Source: an uncultured Chloroflexia bacterium (GTDB taxonomy: Bacteria; Chloroflexota; Limnocylindria; Limnocylindrales; CSP1-4). From it: a stretch of 64,000 nucleotides of DNA. This document shows, in pieces, positions 20,759 through 30,820 of the stretch (the stretch's first letter is position 1; every line of letters starts with the position of its first letter). The notes below the pieces were generated by a model. It was not told where the DNA came from. It saw only the letters and a list, made by a program, of their open reading frames with translations, and made no database searches. Where the stretch lies: contig CAVXPZ010000003.1 of the NCBI GenBank assembly GCA_963763775.1, positions 256,001-320,000 of the forward strand, given 5' to 3'. The position numbers and the translations under genes were made by a program.

Positions 20759-22034
20759 TCAGGCCTTCCGCCCGCTCCTCGGGCGGCTTCACGGCCCGGA
20801 ACTCGCGGTACATCAGCAGGTCGTAGGCGATCTTGAAGCCGCCGGCCAGATAGAACGGCAATGCCGCGTAGCCGGCGCTCGCCATCAGCACGGACGAGAA
20901 CGATGGGGAGATGGCCGCACCGGTCGTGCGGGCGACACCGGTCACGCCGGCCGCCGCGGACCGCTCGTCCGGGTCGACCACCGCCATGACGTAGGACTGG
21001 CGCGTGGGGACGTCCATCTGGCTGAGGCTGAACCGCAGCAGCAGGACCGCGATCGCCAGCGGCAGCGTCGGCATCAGCGGGACGAGGATGAGCAGCAGGT
21101 TCGATGGGATGTGGGTGAACACCATCGTGTTGATCAGCCCGAACCGGGCGGCGATGCGCGCGGCCGAGAGCGACGACACCGCGGCGAGCAGGTTCGCCCC
21201 GAAGAAGATGAGGCCGAGCACGGCCGGGTCGACGCCCCACTGGGTGTGGAACCAATACGCCATGAGGCTCTGCGGGATGAACCCGCCGCCGAAGGCGTCG
21301 ATCGAGAACAGCACCGACAGCTTGAGGACGATCTTCTTCGAGCGGCCGAGGCCGAGACGCCGGCGGATCCCGTCCATCGCCGCCTCGCGCGGCGGCGCCT
21401 CGATGGACGTGTCCAGTCGCCAGAAGCCGACGACCATCGCAAGCCCGATCACGGCGTAGCCGATGACGATGGCTCGATACGCGTCGACCGGCGCCCAGCC
21501 GCCGTTGAGGAGGACTTGGCTGATGAGGCCCGCCGCGAGGGCACCGGTCGCCGTCGCGACATAGCCGACGAGGTTGTACCAGGCGAATGTCGGGGTCCGA
21601 CGGACGTCGTGGACGGTCTGCGAGAGCGCCGCTTGTTCGACCGCGAGGAACGGGCCGACCTCGTTGCCGGTGGGCGAGATGACCCCGACGGTCGCCGCGA
21701 GGATCAGGAGCGGGACCCAGCTCGTGAAGGCGAACACGATGCCGGCGATGACCATCAGGACGGCCCCGGCGACGAGCACGCGTCGGCGGCCGAACCGGTC
21801 GGCGTTCGTCGTGAGCCACAGCGAGATCAGCGTGTCGCCGATGAGCGTCAGCGTCAGGACGATCCCGATGGTCAACGGGTCCAGGCCGAGCGCATCGAGG
21901 TACAGGACCAGGACGACCGCGAGGAACCCGTACCCGAACATCCGCAAGGTCCGCATCGCGAACAGGAGGCGGCCGTCGCGGTCGAGGCCGCGCAGACTGG
22001 GGATCAGCCCGGGATCGGGGGGCGCGGCACTCAC
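20759..22034 (-). CDS. MFS transporter (true stop probably shifted near 20759)
   Basis: ADRFGRRR, SPTGNEVGPF, SQMDVPTRQSY. Confidence 0.9.
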
Positions 22035-22107
22035 GCGGTCGAGTCTACGCGGGCCACGAGGGCTGGCGCCGTCTGCGAGAATGCGGCCGGAGGTTCGAGA
22101 TCAGACG

Positions 22108-22338
22108 ATGAGCGCCGACCCGCACGCAGACGACGTCCCCGGCCACGCCGGTTCGGCCGGCCTGCATCACGACGTGACCGACCACGGCGACGACGGCGAG
22201 CACGACGACCACGCCCATGCCGAGGAACCGCTCGGTCCGATCGACCTGCGCGCGTGGGGTGCCGGCATCGCGGGCATCGCGATCGCCGCGGTCGTCATCG
22301 CCTGCTTCGCCGTCACGACGGGAGCCCTGACGCTCTGA
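22108..22338 (+). CDS. Small His/Asp-rich membrane protein (76 aa)
   Basis: MSADPHADD...HHDVTDHGDDGEHDDHAHAEE followed by one TM helix. Confidence 0.7.
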   Translation: MSADPHADDVPGHAGSAGLHHDVTDHGDDGEHDDHAHAEEPLGPIDLRAWGAGIAGIAIAAVVIACFAVTTGALTL

Positions 22339-22481
22339 TCCGCTGAGCGCGGTCGCGAGGGAGGTCCCGCCCGCCCGCTCGTCCGGGCGAAGATCGAACC
22401 GATCTCCTGCGCCATGCCTCATTGGGGGCATGCAGCGGACCCGCACCACCGCGGTCCCGCGCCAGGCAGCGGAGATCGGCG

Positions 22482-23663
22482 ATGCGTTTGGTCTTGATCG
22501 TGGGCACCCTGATGCTCGTTGCTGCATGCGGCACGGCTCCGGCCGGCTCGAGTGCCGCAGACACCGCCATCACCGTGACAGACGCGCCGACCGCGATCGC
22601 CAAGGTGGCGTCCAGCCCGACGCCGCCCGAGGCACCACCGACCGAGGCGCCCCCGACGCCGTTCCCGGCCCCGGCCGACATCGGGCTCGACGACATCGCC
22701 ATGGGACCGGACGGTCAGCTGTACGGGTCGAGCTGCATGGCGGCTCGGGTCTACCGACTCGTCGGAGATCACCAGCTCCAGGTCGTCATCGGGAGTGGCG
22801 GCAGCGGGTTCGATACTGGCTTCACGGGCGACGGCGGGCTCGCCACGGACGCCCAGGTCTCGTGTCCCGTGGGGATCCTCTTCGCCAGCAACGGCGACCT
22901 CGTCCTCGCGGATCACAGCAACAACCGGATCCGTGAGGTCGATGCGAACGGGATCATCCAAACGATCGCCGGCAGCGGCGAGGCCGGCAGCAATCGCGGG
23001 ATGTACGGCGGTGATGGAGGACCGGCGACGTCCGGGTTCCTCCAGGAGCCGACGCAGATCGCCTTCGACTCCGCCGGCAACCTCTACATCTCGGACCGGG
23101 ACAACGATCGCGTCCGAAAGGTCGACACGAAGGGGATCCTGACGACGCTTGCGGGCGACGGCACGGACGCCTTCGGCGGCGACGGCGGCCCGTCGGTCAA
23201 GTCGAAGGTCGACGACCCAGCCGGGATCGCCGTCGCGCCTGACGGCACCGTCTACTTCGCCGACTCGAACAATCGACGCGTCCGGAAGATCGCGCCCGAT
23301 GGGACCATCACGACCATCGCCGGCACGGCCAAGGGCGGCGACGCTGGCGACGGCGGGCCGGCGAGCAAGGCCACGTTCGATGACCCCGAGGCTCTCGCGC
23401 TGGATGCGAAGGGCAACCTCTACGTGAGCGATGGACCGGTCGTGCGAGTCATCGACGCGAAGGGACGGATCGCGCGATTCGCGGGCACGGGCGCGGCCGG
23501 CACATCGGGGGACGGCGGGCCGGCGAGCAAGGCCATGCTGACGGCCGTCAGTTCGATCGTCGTGGCCCCGAACGGCGACGTCTACCTCGACGACGAGGAC
23601 GGCCACCAGATCCGCAAGGTCGCGCCCGACGGCACGATCTCCACGGTCTTCCGCCCGTCCTAG
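22482..23663 (+). CDS. NHL-repeat (beta-propeller) lipoprotein
   Basis: Lipobox VAAC; repeated GDGGPA...P.GIA.D..GNLY.D..N.R(IV)R. Confidence 0.9.
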   Translation: MRLVLIVGTLMLVAACGTAPAGSSAADTAITVTDAPTAIAKVASSPTPPEAPPTEAPPTPFPAPADIGLDDIAMGPDGQLYGSSCMAARVYRLVGDHQLQVVIGSGGSGFDTGFTGDGGLATDAQVSCPVGILFASNGDLVLADHSNNRIREVDANGIIQTIAGSGEAGSNRGMYGGDGGPATSGFLQEPTQIAFDSAGNLYISDRDNDRVRKVDTKGILTTLAGDGTDAFGGDGGPSVKSKVDDPAGIAVAPDGTVYFADSNNRRVRKIAPDGTITTIAGTAKGGDAGDGGPASKATFDDPEALALDAKGNLYVSDGPVVRVIDAKGRIARFAGTGAAGTSGDGGPASKAMLTAVSSIVVAPNGDVYLDDEDGHQIRKVAPDGTISTVFRPS

Positions 23664-25366
23664 AACAGCCCGACGACGTTCCCCTCGGCGTCGATGTCGA
23701 TGTTCACGCCGCCCGGCACGGACGGCAGACCCGGCATGGTCCGCATCTCCCCGCAGATCGGGGTGATGAACCCGGCGCCCGCTGACAATCGGACCTCGCG
23801 GATCGGCACGGTGAAGCCCGTCGGTCGGCCCTTCAACGCCGCATCGTGGCTCAGCGAGTACTGCGTCTTGGCCATGCAGACCGGCAGGTTGCCGTAGCCC
23901 AGGTCGGTGTACTGCTTGAGCTGCTTGCGGGCAGCCGGCAGATACTCGACGCCGGCGCCGCCGTAGACCTTCGTGACGATCGTCTCGATCTTCTCGGTCA
24001 GCGGCATCTCGTCCGGGTAGAGGAGCTTGAAGCCCTCGCCCGCGGATTCGCTGGCCTCCCAGACGGCCTCGGCGAGGGCCGTCGCGCCCGCGCCACCGTC
24101 CACGAAGTGGGTCGCCCCGACGGCCGCGCGCGCCCCGGCGGCGAGCGCGACCTCGCGGATCGCCTCGACCTCGGCCGGGGTGTCGGTCGGGAACGCGTTG
24201 ATCGCGACGACGGCGGGGATGCCGTACATCGTCACGTTCTCGATCTGCTTCGCGAGGTTCTGCGCCCCGAGCCGGACCGCCTCGACGTTCTCCTCGAGGA
24301 GCGCCGGGTCGAGCGGCTTGCCGGCCACGATCTTGCCGACGCCGCCGTGCATCTTGAGCGCCCGGACCGTGGCGACGACGACGGCCGCGCTCGGGGCGAG
24401 GCCGGACGCGCGGCACTTGATGTCGAAGAACTTCTCCGCGCCCATGTCCGCGCCGAAGCCGGCCTCCGTGCACACGATGTCGTTGGTCACGAGCGCCAGC
24501 CGGTCGGCGATGATCGAGTTGTTGCCGTGCGCGATGTTCGCGAACGGGCCGGCGTGGACGAAGGCCGGACCGCCTTCGAGCGTCTGCAGCAGGTTCGGCT
24601 TGATGGCGTCACGCAGCAGTACCGTCATCGCGCCGGCGACGCCGAGGTCCTCGGCGGTGACCGCGGTCCCGTCCGGGCGCGTCGCCAGGACGATCCGCCC
24701 CAGCCGGGCCCGCAGGTCGAACAGGTCCGTCGCGAGCGCGAGGACCGCCATCACCTCGGAGCCCACCGTGATGACGAACTCGGTCTCGCGCGGCACGCCG
24801 TCCTCACGGCCACCGAGGCCGATCACGACGTGGCGCAGCGCCCGGTCGCTGATGTCCACGACCCGCGGCCAGAGGATCCCATGAGGGTCGATGCCGAGCG
24901 GGTTCTTGTGGTGGAGGCTGTTGTCGATGAACGCCCCGGCGAGGTTGTGGGCGGCCCCGATCGCGTGGACGTCGCCGGTGAGGTGGAGGTTGAAGTCCTC
25001 CATCGGGATGACCTGGCTGTAGCCGCCGCCGGCAGCCCCGCCCTTGATCCCGAACACCGGGCCGAGTGAAGGCTGCCGGATGTTGACCGAGGCCTTCTTG
25101 CCGATCTTGTTCAGCCCCTGCGCCAGACCCACCGTGGTCGTGGACTTCCCCTCGCCGAGCGGCGTCGGCGTGATGGCCGTGACCACGACATAGCGGCCGC
25201 GCGGCCGCTCCGCCTCGAGTCGCTCGATGGCTTCCAGCGTGACCTTGGCCTTCGTGGGCCCGTACAACTCGAGTTCATCGTTCCGGATGCCCAGCTCAGC
25301 CGCGATATCCACGATCGGGCGGGGCGTGACGGATCGCGCGATCTCGAGGTCGGACGGGAAGCTCAT
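23660..25366 (-). CDS. fhs: Formate--tetrahydrofolate ligase
   Basis: TPTPLGEGKST, RQPSLGP, GIKGGAAGGG, GPFANIAHG, TEAGFGAD, MAKTQYS; RBS ggagg before ATG 25366. Confidence 0.97.
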   Translation of the reverse strand: MSFPSDLEIARSVTPRPIVDIAAELGIRNDELELYGPTKAKVTLEAIERLEAERPRGRYVVVTAITPTPLGEGKSTTTVGLAQGLNKIGKKASVNIRQPSLGPVFGIKGGAAGGGYSQVIPMEDFNLHLTGDVHAIGAAHNLAGAFIDNSLHHKNPLGIDPHGILWPRVVDISDRALRHVVIGLGGREDGVPRETEFVITVGSEVMAVLALATDLFDLRARLGRIVLATRPDGTAVTAEDLGVAGAMTVLLRDAIKPNLLQTLEGGPAFVHAGPFANIAHGNNSIIADRLALVTNDIVCTEAGFGADMGAEKFFDIKCRASGLAPSAAVVVATVRALKMHGGVGKIVAGKPLDPALLEENVEAVRLGAQNLAKQIENVTMYGIPAVVAINAFPTDTPAEVEAIREVALAAGARAAVGATHFVDGGAGATALAEAVWEASESAGEGFKLLYPDEMPLTEKIETIVTKVYGGAGVEYLPAARKQLKQYTDLGYGNLPVCMAKTQYSLSHDAALKGRPTGFTVPIREVRLSAGAGFITPICGEMRTMPGLPSVPGGVNIDIDAEGNVVGLF

Positions 25367-26284
25367 CGGTCTCCTCCGGAGGGAACGGGGTGGGTCGTCG
25401 GGGTGGTCCGGGCGCGAGGCGCCTGACGCTCGGCGGCACGGATGAGGTGGGTCAGGAGGATCGCGTTCGTCAGCGGCCCGACGCCGCCCGGCACCGGGGT
25501 GATCGCCGAGGCGACCGACCGAGGCCGAGGCGAAGTCCACGTCACCGACGATGTGGCCGTCGACCACGTTGATGCCGACGTCGACGACGACCGCACCGGG
25601 CTTGAGCATCTCGCCGGTGATGAGTCCGGGCCGGCCGGCGGCGACGACGACGATGTCGGCCCGACGGACGTGACTCGCCAGGTCACGCGTCCTCGAATGG
25701 CAGACGGTGACCGTGGCGTCCTCCTTCACGAGGAGGAACGCGGCGGGCATCCCGACGACGGCGGACCGGCCGACGACGACGGCGTCGCGCCCGGCGATCT
25801 CGACGCCGGATCGGCGGAGGATCTCGATCGCGGCATGGGCGGTGGCCGGCAGGAACCCGTCGTAGCCGAGGCGTAGCAGCCCGGCGTTGAGGGGATGGAT
25901 CCCGTCGATGTCCTTGGCCGGGTCGATGGCATCGATGACGGCACGCAACCGGATCGTCGGCGGCAGCGGCATCTGGACGATCACCCCGTCGATCGACGGG
26001 TCGTCGTTGAGAGCTCTGACGGTCGAGGTGACGCTCGCCTCGGTGGCCTCGCCTTCGAGCTCGACGAAGCCGCCGTCGATGCCCACCTTGGCGCAGCCGC
26101 GGAGGATGCGTTCGAGGTAGACCGTGGACGGCGCGTCCTTCCCGACGATGACGACGCGCAGGGCCGGCGGGCGACCGCGCGCGGTCCGGAAACTGGCCAC
26201 GTCCTCCGCGACGGCGGTGCGGATCTCCTCGGCGATCGGACCGCCTTCGAGGAGTCGAGCCCCACCCGGCGCGGACATGGTCAC
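25363..26284 (-). CDS. folD: Methylene-THF dehydrogenase/cyclohydrolase (apparent frameshift near 25520)
   Basis: QMPLP, KDIDG, VGRSAVVG, HSRT, DVGIN, GDVD; ITPVPGGVGP lies in the shifted frame, which ends in an ATGA overlap with fhs. Confidence 0.95.
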
Positions 26285-26958
26285 GACCGGTCCGGCGACG
26301 GGACCGGCGGACGAGGCTCGCCGCGACCGACCGTCTGGCGCGTCTCGGCGGCCAGCCGTTCGATCTCGTGGAGCAGATCGTTCACCAGGACGGTCATCTC
26401 CCCTTCGAACGACGGATCGCCCGTCGACGGCAGGTTGACGAGGACGTTCGCGGCCGCCCCATGGGCCGCGGCCTCGGCGAGCAGCGACGCGACGTTCAGG
26501 TCGCTCGAGGCGTTGGCGTTGCTGCGACCGGCGAGGGCCTCGGCCGCCTCGACGACCTGCAGGCAGAGTTCCATGCAGGCATATGGCACTTCGGCGGCGT
26601 GCCGCGCCGCGCGATGCATCGCCGCGCTTCGTTCCGCCTTCTCGTCGTCGGTCTCGCGCGGAAGCTTCATCGCCGCCGAGAAGTCCGCGTAGGACGCGGC
26701 ATCGTCGTCGGCCAGCGTCAGGAGGCGATCCGAGAGGTCGTGGCCCGTCCGCTTCGCCCAGGCGAGGAGGTCCTCGTGCTCGGCGTACTTCGGCCGGCCT
26801 TCCGACAGCGATGCGACCATCGCGACGAGGCCGGCGCCGAGGCTCGCGGCGACCGCTGAAGCGCTCCCGCCCCCAGGGACGGGCTCGGCGGATGCGAGAC
26901 GCCCGACGAACGCGTCGAGCGTGAGGTCACGGAAGCGGTCGGACGGGGAGGTCGGCAC
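26281..26958 (-). CDS. Formiminotetrahydrofolate cyclodeaminase/cyclohydrolase family (FTCD_C)
   Basis: ASAEPVPGGGSASA, NANASSD, NVLVNL. Confidence 0.92.
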   Translation of the reverse strand: MPTSPSDRFRDLTLDAFVGRLASAEPVPGGGSASAVAASLGAGLVAMVASLSEGRPKYAEHEDLLAWAKRTGHDLSDRLLTLADDDAASYADFSAAMKLPRETDDEKAERSAAMHRAARHAAEVPYACMELCLQVVEAAEALAGRSNANASSDLNVASLLAEAAAHGAAANVLVNLPSTGDPSFEGEMTVLVNDLLHEIERLAAETRQTVGRGEPRPPVPSPDRS

Positions 26959-27162
26959 GGACAGATTGTAGGTTCGCGGCGGTCGTCCGGCGGGTGGTCA
27001 CGCGCAGGACGTCCCGCCACGTGAGCCGTCGGACCGCCAGATGGGTCGCCGCGAGCTGTTGCGGTCGATACGGGGCGAGTGCGGTACCGGCGCACCCGCC
27101 CCGCAGCCGACCGTTTGCCAGCCCGCGGGGGAGGGATCCGGGGCCGACCGGAACGAACCGGA

Positions 27163-27432
27163 TCAGGCGGCCAGGCGAACCTCGTCGAGGCCGGTGACCG
27201 TCCAGCGATGTGAGCGGTGGTGATAGGCGAGGGACAGGCGAGCGACGGAGGTCTCGACCTCGAAGAGCGTGCGGGGCCCGGTGATGACCGGATAGGCCGC
27301 CGCCTCTTCCCGGACGGCCGCGAGGCGCGTCACGGTGAGCCGCTGGTTGCCCCACGTGATCTCGCGGGGGCTGCCGTCGAACCAGCCGGTTCGAACGTGG
27401 ACCTGAACGGGTTCGACACGGGTGAATGCCAT
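27163..27432 (-). CDS. 89-aa hypothetical protein, DUF6504-like, predicted LexA-regulated
   Basis: RBS aaggag before ATG 27432; 'GSPREITWGNQRLTV...FEVET...LSLAY...WTV'; two SOS boxes upstream. Confidence 0.75.
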   Translation of the reverse strand: MAFTRVEPVQVHVRTGWFDGSPREITWGNQRLTVTRLAAVREEAAAYPVITGPRTLFEVETSVARLSLAYHHRSHRWTVTGLDEVRLAA

Positions 27433-27495
27433 CTTGCACGGCTCCTTCGGGGGCGTATCGCGTTTGATCCGTGTCGTCCGGGGCACTCGTCCGAC

Positions 27496-27549
27496 AGAAC
27501 GTCTGTTCGATTGAGGCTGACACTAGACCGAACAGGTGTTCGATGTCAA
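27496..27549 (-). promoter_or_regulatory. Sigma70-type promoter with two LexA boxes
   Basis: Minus strand TTGACA (27549-27544), CGAAC-ACCT-GTTCG (27529-27542), TAGTGT; second box GAAC-gtct-GTTC at 27497-27508. Confidence 0.85.
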
Positions 27550-28871
27550 GCCTCGTCGTCGAACGGACTGTCGTCGAGGTCAGTGACACCTTGCGTGTCA
27601 CGACCGTCGACACCATCCGGCAGCTGCGGATCGTCCGCGTCGACCCCGCGCGCGCGACGATCGAGCGGGTTCCGCGGGTCGCGTTCGAACGGCGCGGGCA
27701 GTCCCGCGCCAAGGAGGCGCGCCCGGGTCACGGCGTCGGACCCGTATCGGCGCCGCACGGCGTCGGCCGCCTCGGTCGCGCGACGGCGCTTCGGATCCTC
27801 GGCGCTGAACATGGCGAGCTGCTCTCGCTCGCCCAGGTTCGAGGCCGTCACGCCCAGCAGTCGCACGCGGATCCCGCGCAGTTCCGGCCGGGCCAGCTCG
27901 AGCGCGATCCGATAGATCGGCTCGGTCATGTCGGTCGGCTCGGCGAGCGTCCGCTGTCGCGTGATGGTGCGGAACGAGCTGTCGCGGATCTTCACCGCGA
28001 CCGTCCCGGCGCGGACGCCGGCCGACCGCAACCGCCCCGCGACCCCGTCCGACATCGCGAGCAACGTCCGCTCGATGACCTCGCGGTCGGTCGTGTCCAC
28101 ATCGAACGTGTGCTCGTGCCCGACGGACTTGGCCGGGTCACCGTCGTGGACGGGGTCGGCATCGATGCCGCGTGCCCGCTCCACCAGCGATCCGCCGTGC
28201 TTCCCGAACCGACGTACGACGACATCCGGAGGCAGCGCCGCGAGGTCCCCGATCGTCAGCACACCGAACTCGGCCAGCGCGACCCGGGTCTTCTCGCCGA
28301 CGCCCCATAGCCGCGAGATCGGCAACGGTGCCAGGAACGAGGCCTCCTCGCCCGTCGGCACGACGACGAGCCCGTCGGGCTTGCGCAGGTCCGACGCGAT
28401 CTTCGCCACGAGCTTCGTCGTCGCGACGCCCACCGATGCGGTCAGGCCGACGTCCGAGCGGACCTCGTCCTTGATGCGGCGCGCGATCGTCGGCCCGTCG
28501 CCGAACAGCACGAAGGTCGCCGTGACATCGAGGAACGCCTCGTCGATGGAGATGGGCTCGACGAGGGGCGTGAACCGACGAAGCACGGCCATGACGTCCC
28601 GACTGGCCGCCTGGTACCGGCGTCCGTCCACCGGCATGAAGACGCCCTCCGGGCATCGGCGACCGGCCTCGCGGAGCGACATCGCGGAGTGGACGCCGAA
28701 CTTGCGAGCCTCATAGCTCGCGGCCGACACCACGCCCCGGGCGTTCCGGTCGCCACCACCGACGATGACGGGTCGTCCGCGCAGCTCGGGGTGGTCGCGC
28801 TGCTCGACCGCGGCGAAGAACGCATCGAGGTCGACATGGAGGATCGTCCGGGCAGCCACGCTCGCTATCAT
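27546..28871 (-). CDS. dinB: DNA polymerase IV
   Basis: ILHVDLDAFFAAVEQ, SAASYEAR, SIDEAFLD, KIASDLRKPDG, LWGVG. Confidence 0.97.
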   Translation of the reverse strand: MIASVAARTILHVDLDAFFAAVEQRDHPELRGRPVIVGGGDRNARGVVSAASYEARKFGVHSAMSLREAGRRCPEGVFMPVDGRRYQAASRDVMAVLRRFTPLVEPISIDEAFLDVTATFVLFGDGPTIARRIKDEVRSDVGLTASVGVATTKLVAKIASDLRKPDGLVVVPTGEEASFLAPLPISRLWGVGEKTRVALAEFGVLTIGDLAALPPDVVVRRFGKHGGSLVERARGIDADPVHDGDPAKSVGHEHTFDVDTTDREVIERTLLAMSDGVAGRLRSAGVRAGTVAVKIRDSSFRTITRQRTLAEPTDMTEPIYRIALELARPELRGIRVRLLGVTASNLGEREQLAMFSAEDPKRRRATEAADAVRRRYGSDAVTRARLLGAGLPAPFERDPRNPLDRRARGVDADDPQLPDGVDGRDTQGVTDLDDSPFDDEA

Positions 28872-28900
28872 CGCGCCAACGTGGTCGACCTCACCGCCAC

Positions 28901-30820
28901 ATGACGCCCGCCGCGATCGCTGCCATCGCCGTGCTGTGGCCGATCCTCTTCTTCGTCCCCGGATGGGTCGTCGTCCGCCGCGTCGCCCCGGACCTGCCGC
29001 CTCCGGGCGCGATCGGCGTCGGCATCGTCGCCAGCGTCTACGTGTCGGCGCACCTGGTCGACGTGGTCGCTCGATTGACGGGGTTCGGGTTCCCGGCCGT
29101 GCTCACGTCGGCCATCCTGCTCGCGATCGCGACCGTGCTCTTCGCCCGGGTCCGGATCTCGTGGCTCGCCCCATTCGAGCGCCCGTCCCTTGCGGGCGTG
29201 CGCGCCACCCTTCGGGACGACCTGCCCGCCTGGCTGATCGCCGCGGCGGTCGGCAGCCTCGTCGCCGTCGTGCTGTTCGGGAACGGCTGGCACGAGACGC
29301 CCGACGGCTGGGTCTCGGGCGGCTGGGACTGGAGCGACCTGCTCGTCCACGTCGCGATCGGGTCCAGCATCGTCCACGGCAACTTCCCGCCCGAAGTCCC
29401 GTACTTCGCCGGCGAGCCGCTCACGTACCACTGGTTCGCGGACTTCCACGGCGCCATCGCGGCGACGGCGGCCGGGGTCCCCCTGATCCCGGTCTACTTC
29501 TTCACGAGCGCGCTGTTCGCCGGCGTCATGGCCCTCGTCGTCTGGGCGCTGGCCCTCCGCCTCACCGGCGATCGGCGGGTCGCGCTCGTCGCCACGATCC
29601 TCGTCTGCCTCGGCGGCGGGATGGGCTGGATCCGCCTGGTCCTCGACCTCGTGAGCGGCACCGGGGGCAGCTCGGATCCGCTCACCCTGATCACGCAGCA
29701 CCCGTATGACAACAACTGGGAGGACAGCTGGCCGTTCTTCCGGATCGCCTCGGTCCTCGGCACGGGCTTCTTCCCGCATCGCGCGTCGACGCTCGGCCTG
29801 CCGGGTCTCGTGTCGGTGGTGCTGCTCGTGACGACCTGTCTCGGGCGACGGCCGGCCGGCGTGCTCATGGCGGGGATCCTCGCGGCGCTCCTCGCGCCGT
29901 TCCAGTTCTACGCGTTCCCGGCCACCTACCTGATCGTGGGCCTGTACGTCCTCACGAGCGGGGCGTGGCGCGAGAGGACGGTCTTCCGCGACGCCGTGCT
30001 CTTCCTCGCGCCGGCCGTGCTGGCGCTGCCGTTCATCGCGGATGCCGTCCTCCAGCAGGGGGCGACCGGCGGGTTCCGCTTCGTGCTCGGCTGGGGGGAG
30101 GCGAGGTTCGGTGAGGGCCCGCTCGCGGTCGTCTTCTTCTACGCGACCAACCTCGGCGTACCGTTCGCGCTGGCCCTCATCGCGGCGTTCGTGAGCCGCG
30201 ACATGCCGAATCGCTGGTTCCTGGTGTCGTGGCTGGTGATCCTGTTCCTGCTCCCGAACATCGTGCTCGTGAGTGCGGTCGAGTTCGACATGAACAAGTA
30301 CTTCCAGATGATGTGGATCGCGGTCGCGATGCTCGCCGCCTGGCTGATGCGTGACTGGGATCCCGTCCCGGTCGTCCTGGTCCTGGCGGTCTCGGCCATC
30401 TCCCCCGGGCTCATCGCGTACTGGCATCTCACGAATCCCGCGGTCGCGCTCAGCCTCGGCCAGGAACGGGCCGCGCACTGGATCGAATCCGAGACCCCTG
30501 AACGCTCGGTCTTCATCACCGACGCCTTCATCAACAGCCCGGTGGACCTCGCCGGCCGGCTGCGCATCCTCACGTTCCCACCGTATGTCTCGAACCTCGG
30601 CTACGACCCGGCGTCGCGGGAGGCCGATACCACGGCGATCTACTGCGACGGCCCCGACGTGGCGGCCGAGAAGATGGCCACCTACGGGGCCACCTACGTG
30701 ATCTCGAGCGGCGGCGTCTTCCAGTGCGATGACGGCACCCAGACCGATTTCGCCGCCAGCAATCGCTTCGTCACGGTCTACGACACCGACGGGGTCACGA
30801 TCTGGAAGAAGGTCCCGTGA
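28901..30820 (+). CDS. Polytopic membrane protein, GT-C-like glycosyltransferase
   Basis: Many TM helices; loop 'WSDLLVH...PPEVPYFAGEPLTYHWF'; soluble C-terminal domain. Confidence 0.7.
   Translation: MTPAAIAAIAVLWPILFFVPGWVVVRRVAPDLPPPGAIGVGIVASVYVSAHLVDVVARLTGFGFPAVLTSAILLAIATVLFARVRISWLAPFERPSLAGVRATLRDDLPAWLIAAAVGSLVAVVLFGNGWHETPDGWVSGGWDWSDLLVHVAIGSSIVHGNFPPEVPYFAGEPLTYHWFADFHGAIAATAAGVPLIPVYFFTSALFAGVMALVVWALALRLTGDRRVALVATILVCLGGGMGWIRLVLDLVSGTGGSSDPLTLITQHPYDNNWEDSWPFFRIASVLGTGFFPHRASTLGLPGLVSVVLLVTTCLGRRPAGVLMAGILAALLAPFQFYAFPATYLIVGLYVLTSGAWRERTVFRDAVLFLAPAVLALPFIADAVLQQGATGGFRFVLGWGEARFGEGPLAVVFFYATNLGVPFALALIAAFVSRDMPNRWFLVSWLVILFLLPNIVLVSAVEFDMNKYFQMMWIAVAMLAAWLMRDWDPVPVVLVLAVSAISPGLIAYWHLTNPAVALSLGQERAAHWIESETPERSVFITDAFINSPVDLAGRLRILTFPPYVSNLGYDPASREADTTAIYCDGPDVAAEKMATYGATYVISSGGVFQCDDGTQTDFAASNRFVTVYDTDGVTIWKKVP

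Noticed and set aside
22108-22338. His attenuator leader linked to the hut genes
   Set aside because: It has a TM helix, is on the opposite strand, and precedes an NHL lipoprotein gene
19551-22346. Long overlapping and antisense ORFs here and throughout the window
   Set aside because: Shadow ORFs expected in high-GC DNA, or run-ons caused by indels
23660-26284. Apparent FolD-Fhs fusion (874-aa ORF) resembling eukaryotic C1-THF synthase
   Set aside because: The FolD C-terminal motif ITPVPGGVGP is in another frame ending at 25363, and fhs has its own RBS and ATG; the fusion is an indel artefact
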